A stretch of 64,000 bases of DNA. Source: Eledone cirrhosa. Its lineage: Eukaryota. Location of the stretch: NCBI GenBank assembly GCA_964016885.1, contig OZ024741.1:338582001-338646000 (forward strand), written 5' to 3'. Positions 45,882-58,865 of this stretch are shown here, in pieces. Position 1 is the stretch's first letter, and each line of letters begins with the position of its first letter. A model generated the notes under the pieces. The model did no database searches and was not told the origin of the DNA. It saw only the letters and a list, made by a program, of their open reading frames with translations. Made by a program: the position numbers and the translations under genes.

Positions 45882-48342
45882 TGTAGTGACCTACATTCCG
45901 CAGGCTCACATACATTCTCTGTGCGTGATTTGGCTCAGCTCAGCCAATCAGCGCCAGTAGAAGAGAATGTATCTCTACGCGCCCTGAGGGAAAAATTCCC
46001 ATGTTGATTTGAAGAATCAGCCTCTCGCATCCCAAACTTCGAAGGAGCAGCACGTACAGCATGTGACGGTGAGATTTTGCACTTTGGCCTGCCGGCCTTC
46101 CTTGGGCCTGGCACAATGGCACATTCCCTTTTGTAACCTCATTTTATGTGTAACTTCAACCATGCAATTTGACAAACATTATTTGTGCTACAACAATTAT
46201 GGTGATTTAATCCCATCTTAACTACCTAGACGGTCGGACATGCTTTCCAGCATAGTTATGTCCCTTTACGATTTGAGTTCAAATCCCGCCGAGGTTAACT
46301 TTGCCTTTCATCCTTACGGGGTCGATAAAATAAAGTACCAGTAATGTACTGGGTAATCGCTGGCCTTGTGCCAAAAGTAGAAACAATTATTTGTGCTACA
46401 ACAAAAATAAACATACATTTCATCTCTAATTTCTACTGTTGACATCATTATTATGTTACTCGTGTCCCAATAACATTTATATACTATGCTGCTAAATATG
46501 GTGACCCCGACGTGATGAATATTTTCAGTTCAAAATATTCCGTTTGAAATAAAATTAAAATTGGCAGTGTATGTATAAAAAAAATTTACGCCACGAGGAA
46601 TTTCAAAATGGCTACTACCAAGTACTTCTCTACTACCAGCCATCAGCAGCAACACATAGCTATCACCACTACCAAATACATCAGCAGCAGCGACAACACA
46701 TGGTTAACTACTAACCAACAACAGGGAATAGCGATGTGGCAGCCTTGTATCTTTACCGACGCAACCACCATACCTTCTGTCTCGTTACCACAGGGACTCG
46801 AGAAATTAAGACATCAGTCTTCTCACCATTATGGCGTCAGACGTGACTGGCATATTGGTGACTCTAGGCTCTTCAACGCTCCACTTCGATTCTACAGAAG
46901 ATTCACTGTGACTTTGCTTTAACAACAACTCTACTAGCTTCCTAGTAAGGGCCATGCCAAAGAAAAGAAAAAGCGAACTATGTGTTAAGAAACAATTATT
47001 TCTTTCTTATTTTTACAGGCAATTTTTGGACATTTATTTTTTTAAACCGCATTATATGAAAAAAAATGTTTATCATTGTATATATGACTGCATCATTTTC
47101 TTTATCATTGTATATATGACTGCACTCACACCTTCTTTGCTGTATTACATGCCTGCATATGCACACATATTTCTTTGACACACACCAACATGTTGTTCTT
47201 GGTGTATGATATTCAAACGTCGTAAAATTCTGCGAGATCCCTTCTCACTTTGTGGAGACACCAAACATGTTATCAACACTTTGCAGCTGAATTCACCTGC
47301 ACCGCAACACGAGAATGCTAATTGCAGCTGAACTCAAACAGTTTCGCATCTCGTTGCACACTCATCGTCCATAACAACCTCCATCTTGTTACCTTACCTG
47401 TCTCACTGGGAAAACAACAAATGGAACTGGACCTGTCTGCATTTCCACCACTTCTGTGGATTCACCAGAATTATGGAATTACCGCTTCAACTATTACCCA
47501 CCTACAGATTCAACTTGCTTTTTTCTTTTCAAAGCAACCAGCCATTTTTTCCTGGCTGCCTAGCACTTTCGGCAATACATCTGGGAGGCCGACATTTTCT
47601 CGCTTACCCATCATCTTCTTGCCAGCACTGGTAAACTACCATAATAGCTTCATCCACAGCTATTGGTACAACACTTACCATTAACATTTAATGCAAGAAC
47701 AGCAACTTCGCCCATGTCAGACTTTATCCGTTTTCTGTTAGACCTTTGGTGGTCATGTATAAACTACAAAACAGCTAGTCATTTGACACAGCGGCTCAAC
47801 ACGGCCCTTAGCGCCTCATTTTTTTCTTGCATGCATTCTTCTGTTCAATTATTTTTTTCACTGATGTGCTCTTTCAGCATTTTTTTCTGTCGATTCAATA
47901 ATCTGTATCGTCTTACGTCTAGAGGGGGAGTATTGTAGTGACCTACATTCCGCAGGCTCACATACATTCTCTGTGCGTGATTTGGCTCAGCTCAGCCAAT
48001 CAGCGCCAGTAGAAGAGAATGTATCTCTACGCGCCCTGAGGGAAAAATTCCCGCGTTGATTTGAAGAATCAGCCTCTCGCATCCCAAACTTCGAAGGAGC
48101 ATCATGTACAACATGTGACGGTGAGATTTTGCACTTTGGCCTGCCGGCCTTCCTTGGGCCTGGCACAATGGCACATACCCTTTTGTAACCTCATTTTATG
48201 TGTAATTTCAACCATACAATTTGACAAACAATATTTGTGCTACAACAAAAATAAACATACATTTCATCTCTAATTTCTGCTGTTGACATCATTATTATGT
48301 TACTCATGTCCCAATAACATTTATATACTATGCTGCTAAATA
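45882..48342 (+). mobile_element. Complete non-autonomous LTR retroelement with tRNA-Trp PBS (Ty3/Gypsy, CsRn1-like features)
   Basis: 5' LTR 45882-46498 (includes a SINE). PBS TGGTGACCCCGACGTGAT 46499-46516. PPT AGAGGGGGAG 47921-47930. 3' LTR 47934-48342 (409 bp). TSD TATA. No gag/pol ORF. Confidence 0.92.
46197..46385 (+). mobile_element. SINE inserted in the 5' LTR
   Basis: TSD (AT)TATTTGTGCTACAACAA at 46178-46196 and 46386-46404. Absent from the 3' LTR. Confidence 0.88.
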
Positions 48343-48558
48343 TATATAATTATGAGTGGATTCCTGATCCAAATGACTTCTACAGGACAGGAACTGTTTC
48401 ATTCCTGTAGAAGTAATTTCTATATGAAATAAAGATGCCTTTACTCTATTGAAGCAGTGAGTACATTTTTTAACTGTGGTCACGTCTCGATATCCATCAG
48501 GAATCCCCTAGCTAGCTCATAGCCAGGCCCTTAACAACCACTGTTATAGTATATATAT

Positions 48559-51167
48559 CATCATCATCATCGTCATCACCGTTTTACGTCCGTTACTTCC
48601 ACGCTAGCATGGGTTAGACGGGTTGTCCCGTTGTGGGCAGTGTCTGGTCGGCTGACCATGCCTTGCTCATACAGGAACTGATTTGGCTTGATTTCTACAG
48701 CTGGATGCCCTTCCTAACACCAACCTCATTTACAGTGAGTGCTGGGTGCTTTTTTGTGGCGCCTACATGTCCACTTTACAGTGTGGGCTGGGTGCATTTT
48801 TGCCGTGGCACCTCCACGACCACCTTGCGGTGGGGGGTGTGGGGGCATATTGTCTATATGCTTCAGCTTGTACCCATGGGAGGTCGGGTACTCTGTATTA
48901 CTGCTTGACGCCAGAGGTCACGGTCGTGTGTCATTGCCTTTGAGAGGTGTAATTGGGTAAGGTCGGCTTTTATCACCTCATCCCAGGTAATCTTGGGTCT
49001 CCCCACTCTGCAGTTTCCATCGACTTCTAGTGCTCTGCACCTTTTTATGCAGCTGTCATCCTTCATACGCATCACATGTCCATACCAGCGCAACCGCCTC
49101 TCCTGCACACAGCATTTGATTCCTCTTATGCTTAGTCTCTCTCTCAATTCCTTTATGCTTTGTCGTTCACGTATATTACTGTTACACATTCATCGGAGCA
49201 TGCAGGCTTCGTTTCTCTCTAATCTACGTAAGTCTTCCACCTTCAGCGCCCAGGTCTCACTACCATGCAACATTGCTGTTCGGATACACGCATCATACAG
49301 TCTGCCTTTCATTCTGAGGGAGAAGCCTTTTGCAGCTAGCAGAGGTAGTAGTTCCCTAAACTTCTTCCATCCCGTTCTTACCCTAGTTATTGTACTTTCT
49401 GAACACCCACCTCCGCTGCTAATTCGGTCACCTAGGTAGCAGAAGCTGTCTACTGTTTCTACAGAGCCCTCCCAGAGATTGGTGGTACTTGTTTCCTGTG
49501 GCTGTTTGCTGCTTGCTGTCCCAGCACAGCTGCTGCATGTGAAGCCTACATTCTTAATTAAGCTTCCTGAGATCCTGCTACATCTCTTGTGTACCCATTG
49601 TTTGCATTTGGGGCAGAGAATGGAGTTCCTACCTACACCTTTCCTACATACTGAGCAAGGCCATTTCCCTGAGGGGATCTGGGTTCTGTTTTCTCATCTA
49701 CTTACGAGGACCTTAGTCTTTGTCATGTTGACTTTGAGACCCTTTCTTTCTAGTCCCTGCTTCCAAGTTTGGAATTTATTCTCTAGTTCTACCATAGATT
49801 CAGCTATGAGTGCGAGGTCATCAGCATACAGGAGTTCCCATGAGCATCCGGTCTTAAACTCCTCCGTTATTGCCTGCAGGACTATGATGAACAGGAGGGG
49901 GCTAAGAACAGAGCCCTGGTGGACCCCAACCTGTACGCTAAATTCCTCGCTATACTCATTGCTAATCTAACTTTGCTGACTGCTCCCCTATACATGGCTT
50001 GTACTGCTTTCACAAGCCATTCATCTACTCCTAGTTTTCTAAGAGCCCACCAGATTACAGCACGTGGAACTCTGTCAAAGGCTTTCTCGAGATCGACAAA
50101 TGCCAGGTAGAGTGGTTTACTTTTAGCTAGGTACTTTTCCTGTAACTGCCTCACAAGGAAGAGGGCATCAGTGGTGCCTCTTCCTGGTACAAACCCAAAT
50201 TGCATCTCGTCTATTTTCACCTGGTCCCTAATCAACTGTGCTATAACTCTTTCTGTTACTTTCATGACCTGGTCCATCAACTCTATACCTCTATAGTTTC
50301 CTCTATCTAGTGCATCACCTTTACCTTTGTAGCAGTTGACAATGATGCTACTGCACCAATCTTTTGGTATGACACCTAGTATTACCTGGTTAACAATACG
50401 TGTGGTTATAGTGTGACCTACAGACCCAGATGCCTTCAGCATCTTGGCAGCTATACCCGATGGACCGGTTGCCTTCCCCATCTTCATATCTTTGATTGGC
50501 TTACTTACTACGTTGCTGCTGACTTGTACTGCTGGCCCCTCTATAGGGTCTACTTGGGGTAGGGTCTCTTCTTCCCATGCATTCTCCTCATTTAGTAATC
50601 TATCATAATGACTCTTCCATGCATCTTTCTTCTCAGCACTTGTGAGGGCAAGCTCACCTTTATCATTCCGGATACACTTCTCTCCAATGACATCACAACT
50701 ATCTCTGACACACTGCCTCGCAATCTTGAACACCTCCTGTTTCTGGTCCTCACGTTGCAAAACATGCTTGAATTTTCTATCCTCTGCTTCCCTCCTAGCT
50801 AAGTATACTTGTCGCCTAGCTTCCTTCTTGGTCTCTATGTAATGTACCCTGCTCCCCCCATTCTTCCATTCTTTCCATGCCAGTCTCTTGGCCTTAACTG
50901 CTTCATCTACCTTATTGTTCCACCACCAAGTCACTCTCCTCCTGCTTGAGGTCTTACTCCAGCCACAGACCTCATCCGTCGCCTCTAGTAAATTATTTTT
51001 TAGGAACTCCCAGTTCTCTTCTACATTGAATGTCTCTATCTGTTCTTCTTTACTGTCGTAGGCATTGAGTAAAATATCTTTAAATCTGTTACTGGTTGAG
51101 GGGACTTTCAGCTTCCAGATCTTTCTTCTCCAGGTTGGCCTCTGTTTCCAGCTTCGTCTAGTTCTGA
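48559..51167 (-). mobile_element. RTE LINE (subfamily B), 2.6 kb, 5'-truncated, RT region frameshifted
   Basis: GNYRGIEL, MQFGFVPGRGTTDA, FVDLEKAFDRVP, LYADDL and RRLRWYGHV motifs. TA runs on both flanks. Confidence 0.93.
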
Positions 51168-51312
51168 TATATATATATATATTTATAGAGAGAGAGATTG
51201 AGAGTTAACAAACCACTGTTGAAACGGCATGAGCTAAACCGTTGGGCACTAACTTTTCAATATATATATATATACACACATATGCATATATATATACATA
51301 TGATCCACTACC

Positions 51313-51668
51313 CCTACCCTATCCGCCAACTCCCACCAACACCACATTCTCTCTGTAAAGTTGGTACCACAACATCCAGTCCAAATAAATGAGATAATGA
51401 GATCGAGATTGTGACGGTGTCACAACAAAATAACACACAGTCCACGCTGTAATGTGGCCGTGTAGGTAACATGGTAAAAAGTTCCCAGTTCCACACTGTA
51501 AATGTGGTTGGTGTTAAGAAGGGCATCCAGCCGTAGAAAACCTGCCAAATAGTCCTATATGAGCGAGACACGGTCACCCGACCAACCTTGCCTCAAGTGA
51601 GACAACTCCCATCTAACCCATGCTAGCGTGGAAGATGGACATTAAACGAAGATGATGATGATGATGAT
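51313..51668 (+). mobile_element. RTE 3' UTR-only insertion
   Basis: Closely matches 6120-6412. Confidence 0.82.
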
Positions 51669-52732
51669 GGCTGCCCCCTCGTTATCGAGTATAGCCATTG
51701 CACGATATAACATTGTTAATAATTATTAATTAATCCTACTGTACAATGCCTGCACATGAAGATTTTTTTAAAGTGAGGAAAGACTGTGCACAGAGCCAAT
51801 CCCACCCTCTGAGCGACAGTAGCTATACCCCCCCCCCCAAAAAAAAATATCAACATCTTCGTTAACTACTGAGCTGCAGGTTTTATGTCAGAGTTATCGC
51901 AGTTTCCCGAGTTGCCTTCTCCTAGAGGAATGCCCTGACAAAGGCTAGGGGTCCTTCACTCCTAGTGGTTTAACCACGCGATTGGGTATCCAGCCTGATT
52001 ATTTCTATTTCCCTGCGCATATACATACAGATGTATACATATATACATATATACATATACACATATGCATACACGTACATACATATTTACACATTTTTGG
52101 ATGGCCGTTCACTCGTATGAGTTCTTCCGCCCTTTGTCAGGTTTTGTTTTTTGTTCTGCAGGATGTCGAAAATCACCCACCTCACCAAGTAAACTTGGTG
52201 GGGTCGCCGGTTTACATATACACATATACACACATATGTATGTATATATATATATGTGTGTGTGTCTGTGTGTATGTATGTATGTGTGTGTGTGTGTGTG
52301 TGTACAGATGTATACACTATTACATAATGGTCTTATTCTTTTCTTATGTAAATGTATGACCACCACCACTGTAGTGCCACTTGTTACGCTAAATTCCGTG
52401 CATTTATACAGCTAACGATTTTTTATTTTAAGCATCAATCTCACAACACCCCAATATTCTTTTTTCACCCTTTAAAAATTATCAGATGACAGATAACTTC
52501 CGGTAATTTCCGTGTCTGAAAATGACAATTTTATTTATTTTATCAACATCAACGTAATCTACATCTTCGAAAATGTATCGCTGTAAAACATACTTTATTA
52601 AGAAATTTATATTATATTAATAAATAAATAAATGTGTTTGTTTATATAACATGAGTTTAGTGCTCCCACCTACTTCTTTTGTTTCCTCAAAGCTTTCTTA
52701 ATAATGCTTATTTTGCTTAGATATACTTTCAA

Positions 52733-53207
52733 GCAGAGCATATAAATACATTTACAGTAGAATAACATAACAAATATGTTTTAAATATATACATAAATAA
52801 CATTACAAATGCTTCGATAACATTATAAATAGCTCGCGATTCATTCAGAAAGATGCATTCTTTCAACGTTGTAACACTAAAGAAAATGTAAAGGAAGAGG
52901 TGAACAACCGAGCCAACACCAGAGCAAAAGACAGCAACGTCACGAGGAGTACTGGGCAACCTCTCTAATGATTTTTGAGGCAAGCCAGCACACTTGCAAT
53001 GTTGCCTCGGGTGATGCGCTGGAATAGCCAAGCGCCCTCGCGAGATTCGCCAGTTACCTCTATTAGGCGAGCCGCCAGTGAAGAGAGGAACCTCGCAGTC
53101 AGCAGCCCGACTCCCCCAAACGTCTCGAAAGCCACTGGCTGAAAAATGTAGCTGGCCGACAGATCAGAGTATTTGAGGGTCTTACTCCGATCGGCTGCTT
53201 CAAGCAT
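52733..53207 (-). mobile_element. CRE-clade LINE 3' fragment
   Basis: AADRSKTLKYSDLSASYIFQPVAFETFGG..WLFQR. Near-copy of 1670-2125. Confidence 0.82.
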
Positions 53208-53400
53208 GTCGATATGTTTATAACATTAATAAAAGTAATTATAAAATTGTCATATTCACTCACATTTATTACCGGAATGTATCTGTGTCATCTTAAAACG
53301 AGGGCTTACCACTATTCATAAGATACTAAAAAGTCCGAGTAAACCTTTCATATATATATATATATATATCTTCATATATATAAATTTGAGTATGTGTTGG

Positions 53401-53471
<71 letters not shown>

Positions 53472-53472
<1 letters not shown>

Positions 53473-53640
53473 TGACTTCTACAGGACTAGAACTTCGTAT
53501 GAACTTCCTGCTGATTTCATACGATTGAAACAGTTCTATTCTCGTAGAAGTCATTTCTATATACATAATAAAAATGCCTATACTCCATCAATGTATTGAG
53601 TACTTTTTCTAACTATGGTTACCCCTGACACGACTCGGGA
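53472..53640 (+). mobile_element. Penelope-like module with a degenerate type I hammerhead motif (53503-53551)
   Basis: acttc-CTGCTGA-tttcatacgatt-GAAA-cag...-TA-gaagt, with a short inverted copy 5' of it. Confidence 0.6.
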
Positions 53641-53947
53641 ATATATATACAAAGTATTTGAAAGAAAATCAACCAACTTTCATTAAAACTGTTTAACCGC
53701 ATCTTTCTGTGGCTGGCAATTACAACCTATAAATCTATTTCTACTCTCCTTTGAGATTTGATTGTATACTTCCTCTTTATATATATATATATAAACAAGG
53801 TTTCATTTGTACATCCCTATTTATTTTTTGTTATGCGTATTACAAATACGTAAGGCAGTTGTATAACAACTGCCCTACGTAACGTGGAGTGCTTTATATC
53901 TGTTAAGAAAAAGTCAGTAGATTTTCAATCAACCAACTTTCTTCAAA

Positions 53948-54044
<97 letters not shown>

Positions 54045-54328
54045 GTGCGTGGCGTAGACATTACAATACAACGGGAGGAAACGTAATAGTACCACTGATG
54101 ATGTCACGTGTGTGTGATGAAAGAACTTTGGTAGACTATATATATACATTTATATATATATAATTTTAATCGTTGGTCAATCAATGATAAACATTGATTG
54201 CCAGATAAATTAACTATAGGGATATAAAAGATACAGAAGCGAAAACCAATCCAAACCAAACAGTGAGTGTTTTATTATTACTTCTGATAATATTATGACC
54301 CTCCCCAAATATAACAATATATATATAT

Positions 54329-54376
<48 letters not shown>

Positions 54377-54821
54377 TGCGCGTAAGCTTATGTTTTCGTC
54401 TATTTACGAACGAATATGTAACTCAGGTGAAAGAGGAGAAACGAAGGAACTTCGTTGAAAATCAACAGGTTAACAAAGACCATACATCGTTATCTGATGT
54501 TTCTATACACAAACACAATAGAAAGAAAGTAGCAATTAACACACACTTTCCAGATGAAAACACGTCTAAATCATCAGGTGTGTGTGTGTTCCTCTGGTTT
54601 TATAATTTTATAAATTTTTGCCAATAGAGAGTCAGTTTCTAACAGAATTGGGATTTAGACATCAACTAGGTAGATATGTCTGCATGCATGCGTGTGTGTG
54701 TGCAGGTATGGATGTTATTGTATGTGTGTATGTGGATGTTTTGAGTTATATGAGTGCATGTGTATATGCTTTGTATCTGCATGTATGCATGTATCTGTGT
54801 GTATGTATGTATATGTGTATG

Positions 54822-54876
<55 letters not shown>

Positions 54877-54878
<2 letters not shown>

Positions 54879-55040
54879 ACTTCGAGTGTGTCTGCTATTG
54901 AGATATTATTATTGTCTGATGACCCTGCGATAAATAGGCGAAACTCCAGAGAAACAAGACTCACTATTTAGCTTAATAAAATGAATATTAAAACTCTACT
55001 TCGGCATTGCGTACTCTTTTCTCTCATCCGTCAACTACAT

Positions 55041-55045
<5 letters not shown>
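54877..55045 (+). mobile_element. Short module inside (TA)n with a hammerhead-like core (54912-54957)
   Basis: ttgt-CTGATGA-ccctgcgataaataggc-GAAA-ctccagag-aa-acaa. Confidence 0.55.
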
Positions 55046-55083
<38 letters not shown>

Positions 55084-55569
55084 GAGAGATGTGTGCGTGC
55101 GTGTGAGTATAATGTATGTGTGCATCTGGGTTAGAATTTAAAAAAATTAAAAAAATGTGAAGGGACCGTGATTTAAAAGTGGAAGGAACTTACTTATTAC
55201 TGTTGGTGATGATGATGATGTTGTTGGTGTTGTTGTTGATGATGTTGGTATGGGTGGGTACAGGAGTTGTAGAAATGATGATTGTCTGTTTTGTACTTGC
55301 TACCAACACAACACAACAAGTTATTATTGCAGCTCCGCTGTCAACCCCCCCCCTCTCTCTCTCTCTCTCTGTGTCTCTCTCTCTATGTATGTATCTTAGT
55401 TTGTCTCTTTCCCTCTGTGTCTGTACGTGTCTATGTGCGTGTGTTTTATTATTGCCACCATATTACACAGACCCTACCATCCACCATCAGACAACGAAAT
55501 GACAACCATTGGATTTCACGTTCTTATAGTTTGGTTCCCCTCTTAACATTTACCAAGACGTAGTCATTG

Positions 55570-55800
55570 CAGGTGGGGGAGGTGGAAAATTGGGAGGAGA
55601 GGAAGAGAAAGAAAAGAGAGAGGGAGAAAGAGATGGAAAGGGGAAGGAAGAGAGGGTGAGAAAGAAAGAGATGGACGGTAGAGTTGGAAAGGGAACGTCA
55701 GAGAAAGAAAAAATAGGAGAAGATAGAAAAAAGAGAGAAAGATGGAAATAGAGTTGCAATGGAAAAGGAAGCGAGAGAGAGAGGGAAATATAGTTGTAAT

Positions 55801-55839
<39 letters not shown>

Positions 55840-55917
55840 GTAATGGAGAAGGGAGGAAGGGAGAGAGAGAGTTGTAATGGAGAAGGGAGGGAGAGAGAGA
55901 GAGAGAGAGAGAGAAAG
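55570..55917 (+). repeat. Polypurine / (GA)n low-complexity tract
   Basis: About 350 bp, almost all A/G on the plus strand. Confidence 0.85.
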
Positions 55918-56016
55918 CCGACCGGTGTCCACTGATGAAAATCGCCGGTTGATAAGATGTAGCTTTTCCACACCCTGGAACTAAGCAATCACTGGATACA
56001 ATATAATTAATAGCAA

Positions 56017-56140
56017 AGTGTGTGGTTTAATGGATAGGGTGTTCGACTCGTGATCGTATGGTCTTGAGTTCGATTCCCGAAGTGCGTTGTGTTTTTGAGC
56101 AGGACACTTTATTATATGTTGGTTTAAATCTATTAAGTTA
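56017..56140 (+). mobile_element. tRNA-derived SINE head
   Basis: A-box TGGTTTAATGG, B-box GAGTTCGATTCC, then TTTTGAGCAGGACACTT. Confidence 0.65.
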
Positions 56141-56366
56141 TAACTATGATTCAAATCAACTTTGCTGTATTCATACTTGGAGAGATGGGCTCCACCAGTT
56201 TAAAAAACAACCCATAAAAACGCCGTATCTCAATACGATGCCCCTACGAAGACCTCAGGAGTTACGGGTCCATGCATACATATACATAGGACAACAATTA
56301 TCCAATATGCGTTTCCTTCTTTAACTGTTACTTCTAGCAGGTCGAGTGACCACACATAACGTCTAT

Positions 56367-58625
56367 TCAGCTAGGGGTGGGTACAAAACTGGGTTGTGAG
56401 GCTGCCGCTCACGCCACCAGAGCATTTACCAACTTGCCTTCCGAAACCCCCAAGGTCATTCTTAAGTTGGATCTCGGGAATGATTTTAATTCCTTCAGTC
56501 GGGATGTCATCCTCCGTTCAGTTAAGGAGGGGGCCCTGCAGCTTTACCACTTTGCTTGGCAAGCCTACCGGGAGCCCTCCTACCTCACCTTCTGTGACCA
56601 TCTCCTTCTATTTGTCACATGGGTCTAATAGGGTGACCCACCCGGACCTGCACTTTTCACTCTAGCCATTGATGACGTCACATGTCACCAAGTTAGGATC
56701 TAAATGTCTGGTATTTGGATGATGCTTGCTGGTGGGGTGGGGGGTCCAGGCAAAGTCCTTGCAACTGCGAAAACGATGATCGAGGAGTTAGGCCGTAGGG
56801 ACCTTCGAGGCCCCCCCCCCCCATCGGCGTGGTGCTCCCTTGAGGCTCCAGTTACTGACAAAGCATTCGAGTCCATCTTTCAATCTAAGTTGGCTAACCT
56901 CAAGCAACCGTTAAAAAGCCTCGTGGTCATTGAGCCTCGCCAAGGTTTTTTCATTCTCTGGAATTATCTGTCAATCCCTAAGTTGTATTTCCTTTGAGTT
57001 AGTCCCTCTTACAAATTCTCGTCGCTTCTCCAACGCTTCGACGATCTTATATTCAGTGAGCTCGAGGGTTTGGTCAATGCGCGACTCTCTCCAGAGTCCT
57101 GCGACCAAGCTGCTTTACCCAAACGATTTGGAGGTCTTGCTTTCTTTCCTCCATCTACGCCTGCTCCCCTTTGGTAGGTGACATCCTCTTCTTCCCAACT
57201 TGGACTAGTTCCACCAGGGAGTTGGATGAAGCTTTACTACGGTGGAGAGAGCTGGGTTTGTCAGTCTCAGTTACTGATGAGGATAGACAGAAGCAGAGAG
57301 TATGAGACAATCTGCACTCGAGGGAAACTTTCAACTACCTCTTTGATCTTTTCAATCAATGTTCTAGGTGCCGCTTACTTTCTGCTAGCGCAAAGTTCTC
57401 GGGGGACTGGATTGATGTCCTGTCTGTGACCAACAGTGGTGGCTTTCTTAGTAAGGACGAACGCTGTATCTCCATTGCACTTCGTGTGAGAGCCGACGTC
57501 TGTGGGGTTCTGAGATGCCGCTGTGGTATATACCTCGACTCCACAGGTTTACAGGATTTGTCCTGCCGCCTGAATGCTGGTCGTTTTTCCCGTCACACCG
57601 AGCTAAACCTGATCATCAAACGGGCCCTGGATCGGGTTAATATCCCCCCAATTCTGGAGCCGGCTGGTTAATCCAGAAGTGATGGGAAGAGACCAGACGG
57701 TCTTACCCTTTGTCCCTGGGTAAGAGGTAGATGTTTAACGAAGGGTCTAAATAAGAAAGTGTTAAATGGATTAACAAGAATAAATGATTTAATTTATATA
57801 TAAAGGTTTACTTCACTTCAGTCAAAAAGAACAATAAACATATTACCACGATTTGCAAAGGTTGACAACGTTACTTTTGTTGTTGGTTCATGAGGCTGGT
57901 TTAGTCTGCGCCAAGAGAGAGAGATAATGGTCTGTAGACCACTGTGGCCTGTAGATAACGGTGAATCTTTCACAAAGCTTGTAATAGCGTACTGCTCCGA
58001 TCTGTCTGTATGTCTGTAGACCTCTGGGGCCTGAAGGTAGCAGTGTATCTTTACATAGTTTGTTGCTAGCGTAATACTCCGATCTCTTTGTCTTTCTGTA
58101 GACCTCTTGGGCCTGAATGTAGCGGTGAATCTTTCACACGGCTTGTCTGTATCGTGGTGCTCCGATCTCTCTATATTTCTGTGGGATGATATAGGCTTTA
58201 TATACCTGTCGCTCTCTGTCTCCCACCTTGAGGGGATAGCCCACGCATGAACCTGTTCATACCAAAAGGGTGGTGACCTAGAGTTTGACCTTTAGGTGTC
58301 ACCCAAGGTTCGAGGCTTAGACAGATTTCGCTACAGATGTCTCATCTGGGTCGTGACAGTAAGTAACTCTTTTGCTCTCTCCCACATCATGGTCGGTGCG
58401 GTAAATGTAGGGGTCACTGCTTCCGCTGTCGAACGGAATAAAATTCGGTCGGTGGAGTTGGGCCACTGACAGCGAAGTTCTTGTCTTCACTGGCAGCTCG
58501 CCTTACTGAGGTGTCAGGTGATGCCCGTGAGGGTGCCTGGTTATTTCAGCACCTTAGCCTCGCCATCACTCGTGGTAATGCTGTGAGCGTGTTGGTTTGC
58601 CTGAAAGTGTACCCCAAGGTGTAAG
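56367..58625 (+). mobile_element. Decayed CRE-clade LINE (RT, Cys/His knuckle, restriction-like endonuclease), interrupted by a solo LTR
   Basis: GCEAAAHA, LKLDLGNDFNS, GDP, NVWYLDD, CRCG..LSC..RH, GKRPDGLTLCPW and WLFQHLSLAITRGNA motifs, with many stops and frameshifts. Confidence 0.85.
57735..58335 (-). mobile_element. Solo LTR (family B) with internal ~75-bp tandem repeats
   Basis: TSD GATGT at 57730-57734 and 58336-58340. The minus strand starts TGTAGCGAA. Removing it restores the CRE frame PWVRGRCLIW. Confidence 0.82.
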
Positions 58626-58865
58626 GTGTTGCCGACTGTCGTACCTGGTGGCGAATTGCCCCCTCCCCTCCCTTTTTTTTTCTTTTATCATTTTTGTTCA
58701 TGATTTTATATTTTTGTGTCATTGTACATTATATTACACGTAAAAATTCGAAAAGGTCCGAGGCCCACAGAAAACAATGTTAAAAGTCCACTTGTGGTCC
58801 AAGGCCCAACTAGTGGTGACCCCAGAAAGGTCACCTCATTAGATTGTGCAGAAAGATTTAGTTTA

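Noticed and set aside
46608-47938. ORFs inside the Trp-primed element as gag or env
   Set aside because: No CHCC/CCHC knuckle, protease, RT or integrase motif, and the frames are not preserved between the two copies.
53372-55988. Many short ORFs rich in YI, HT, ER, SL or CV
   Set aside because: They are translations of (TA)n, (CA)n and (GA)n microsatellites.
56017-56090. Possible tRNA gene (also 32893-32950)
   Set aside because: It has A/B boxes but no complete cloverleaf, and it runs directly into SINE body sequence.
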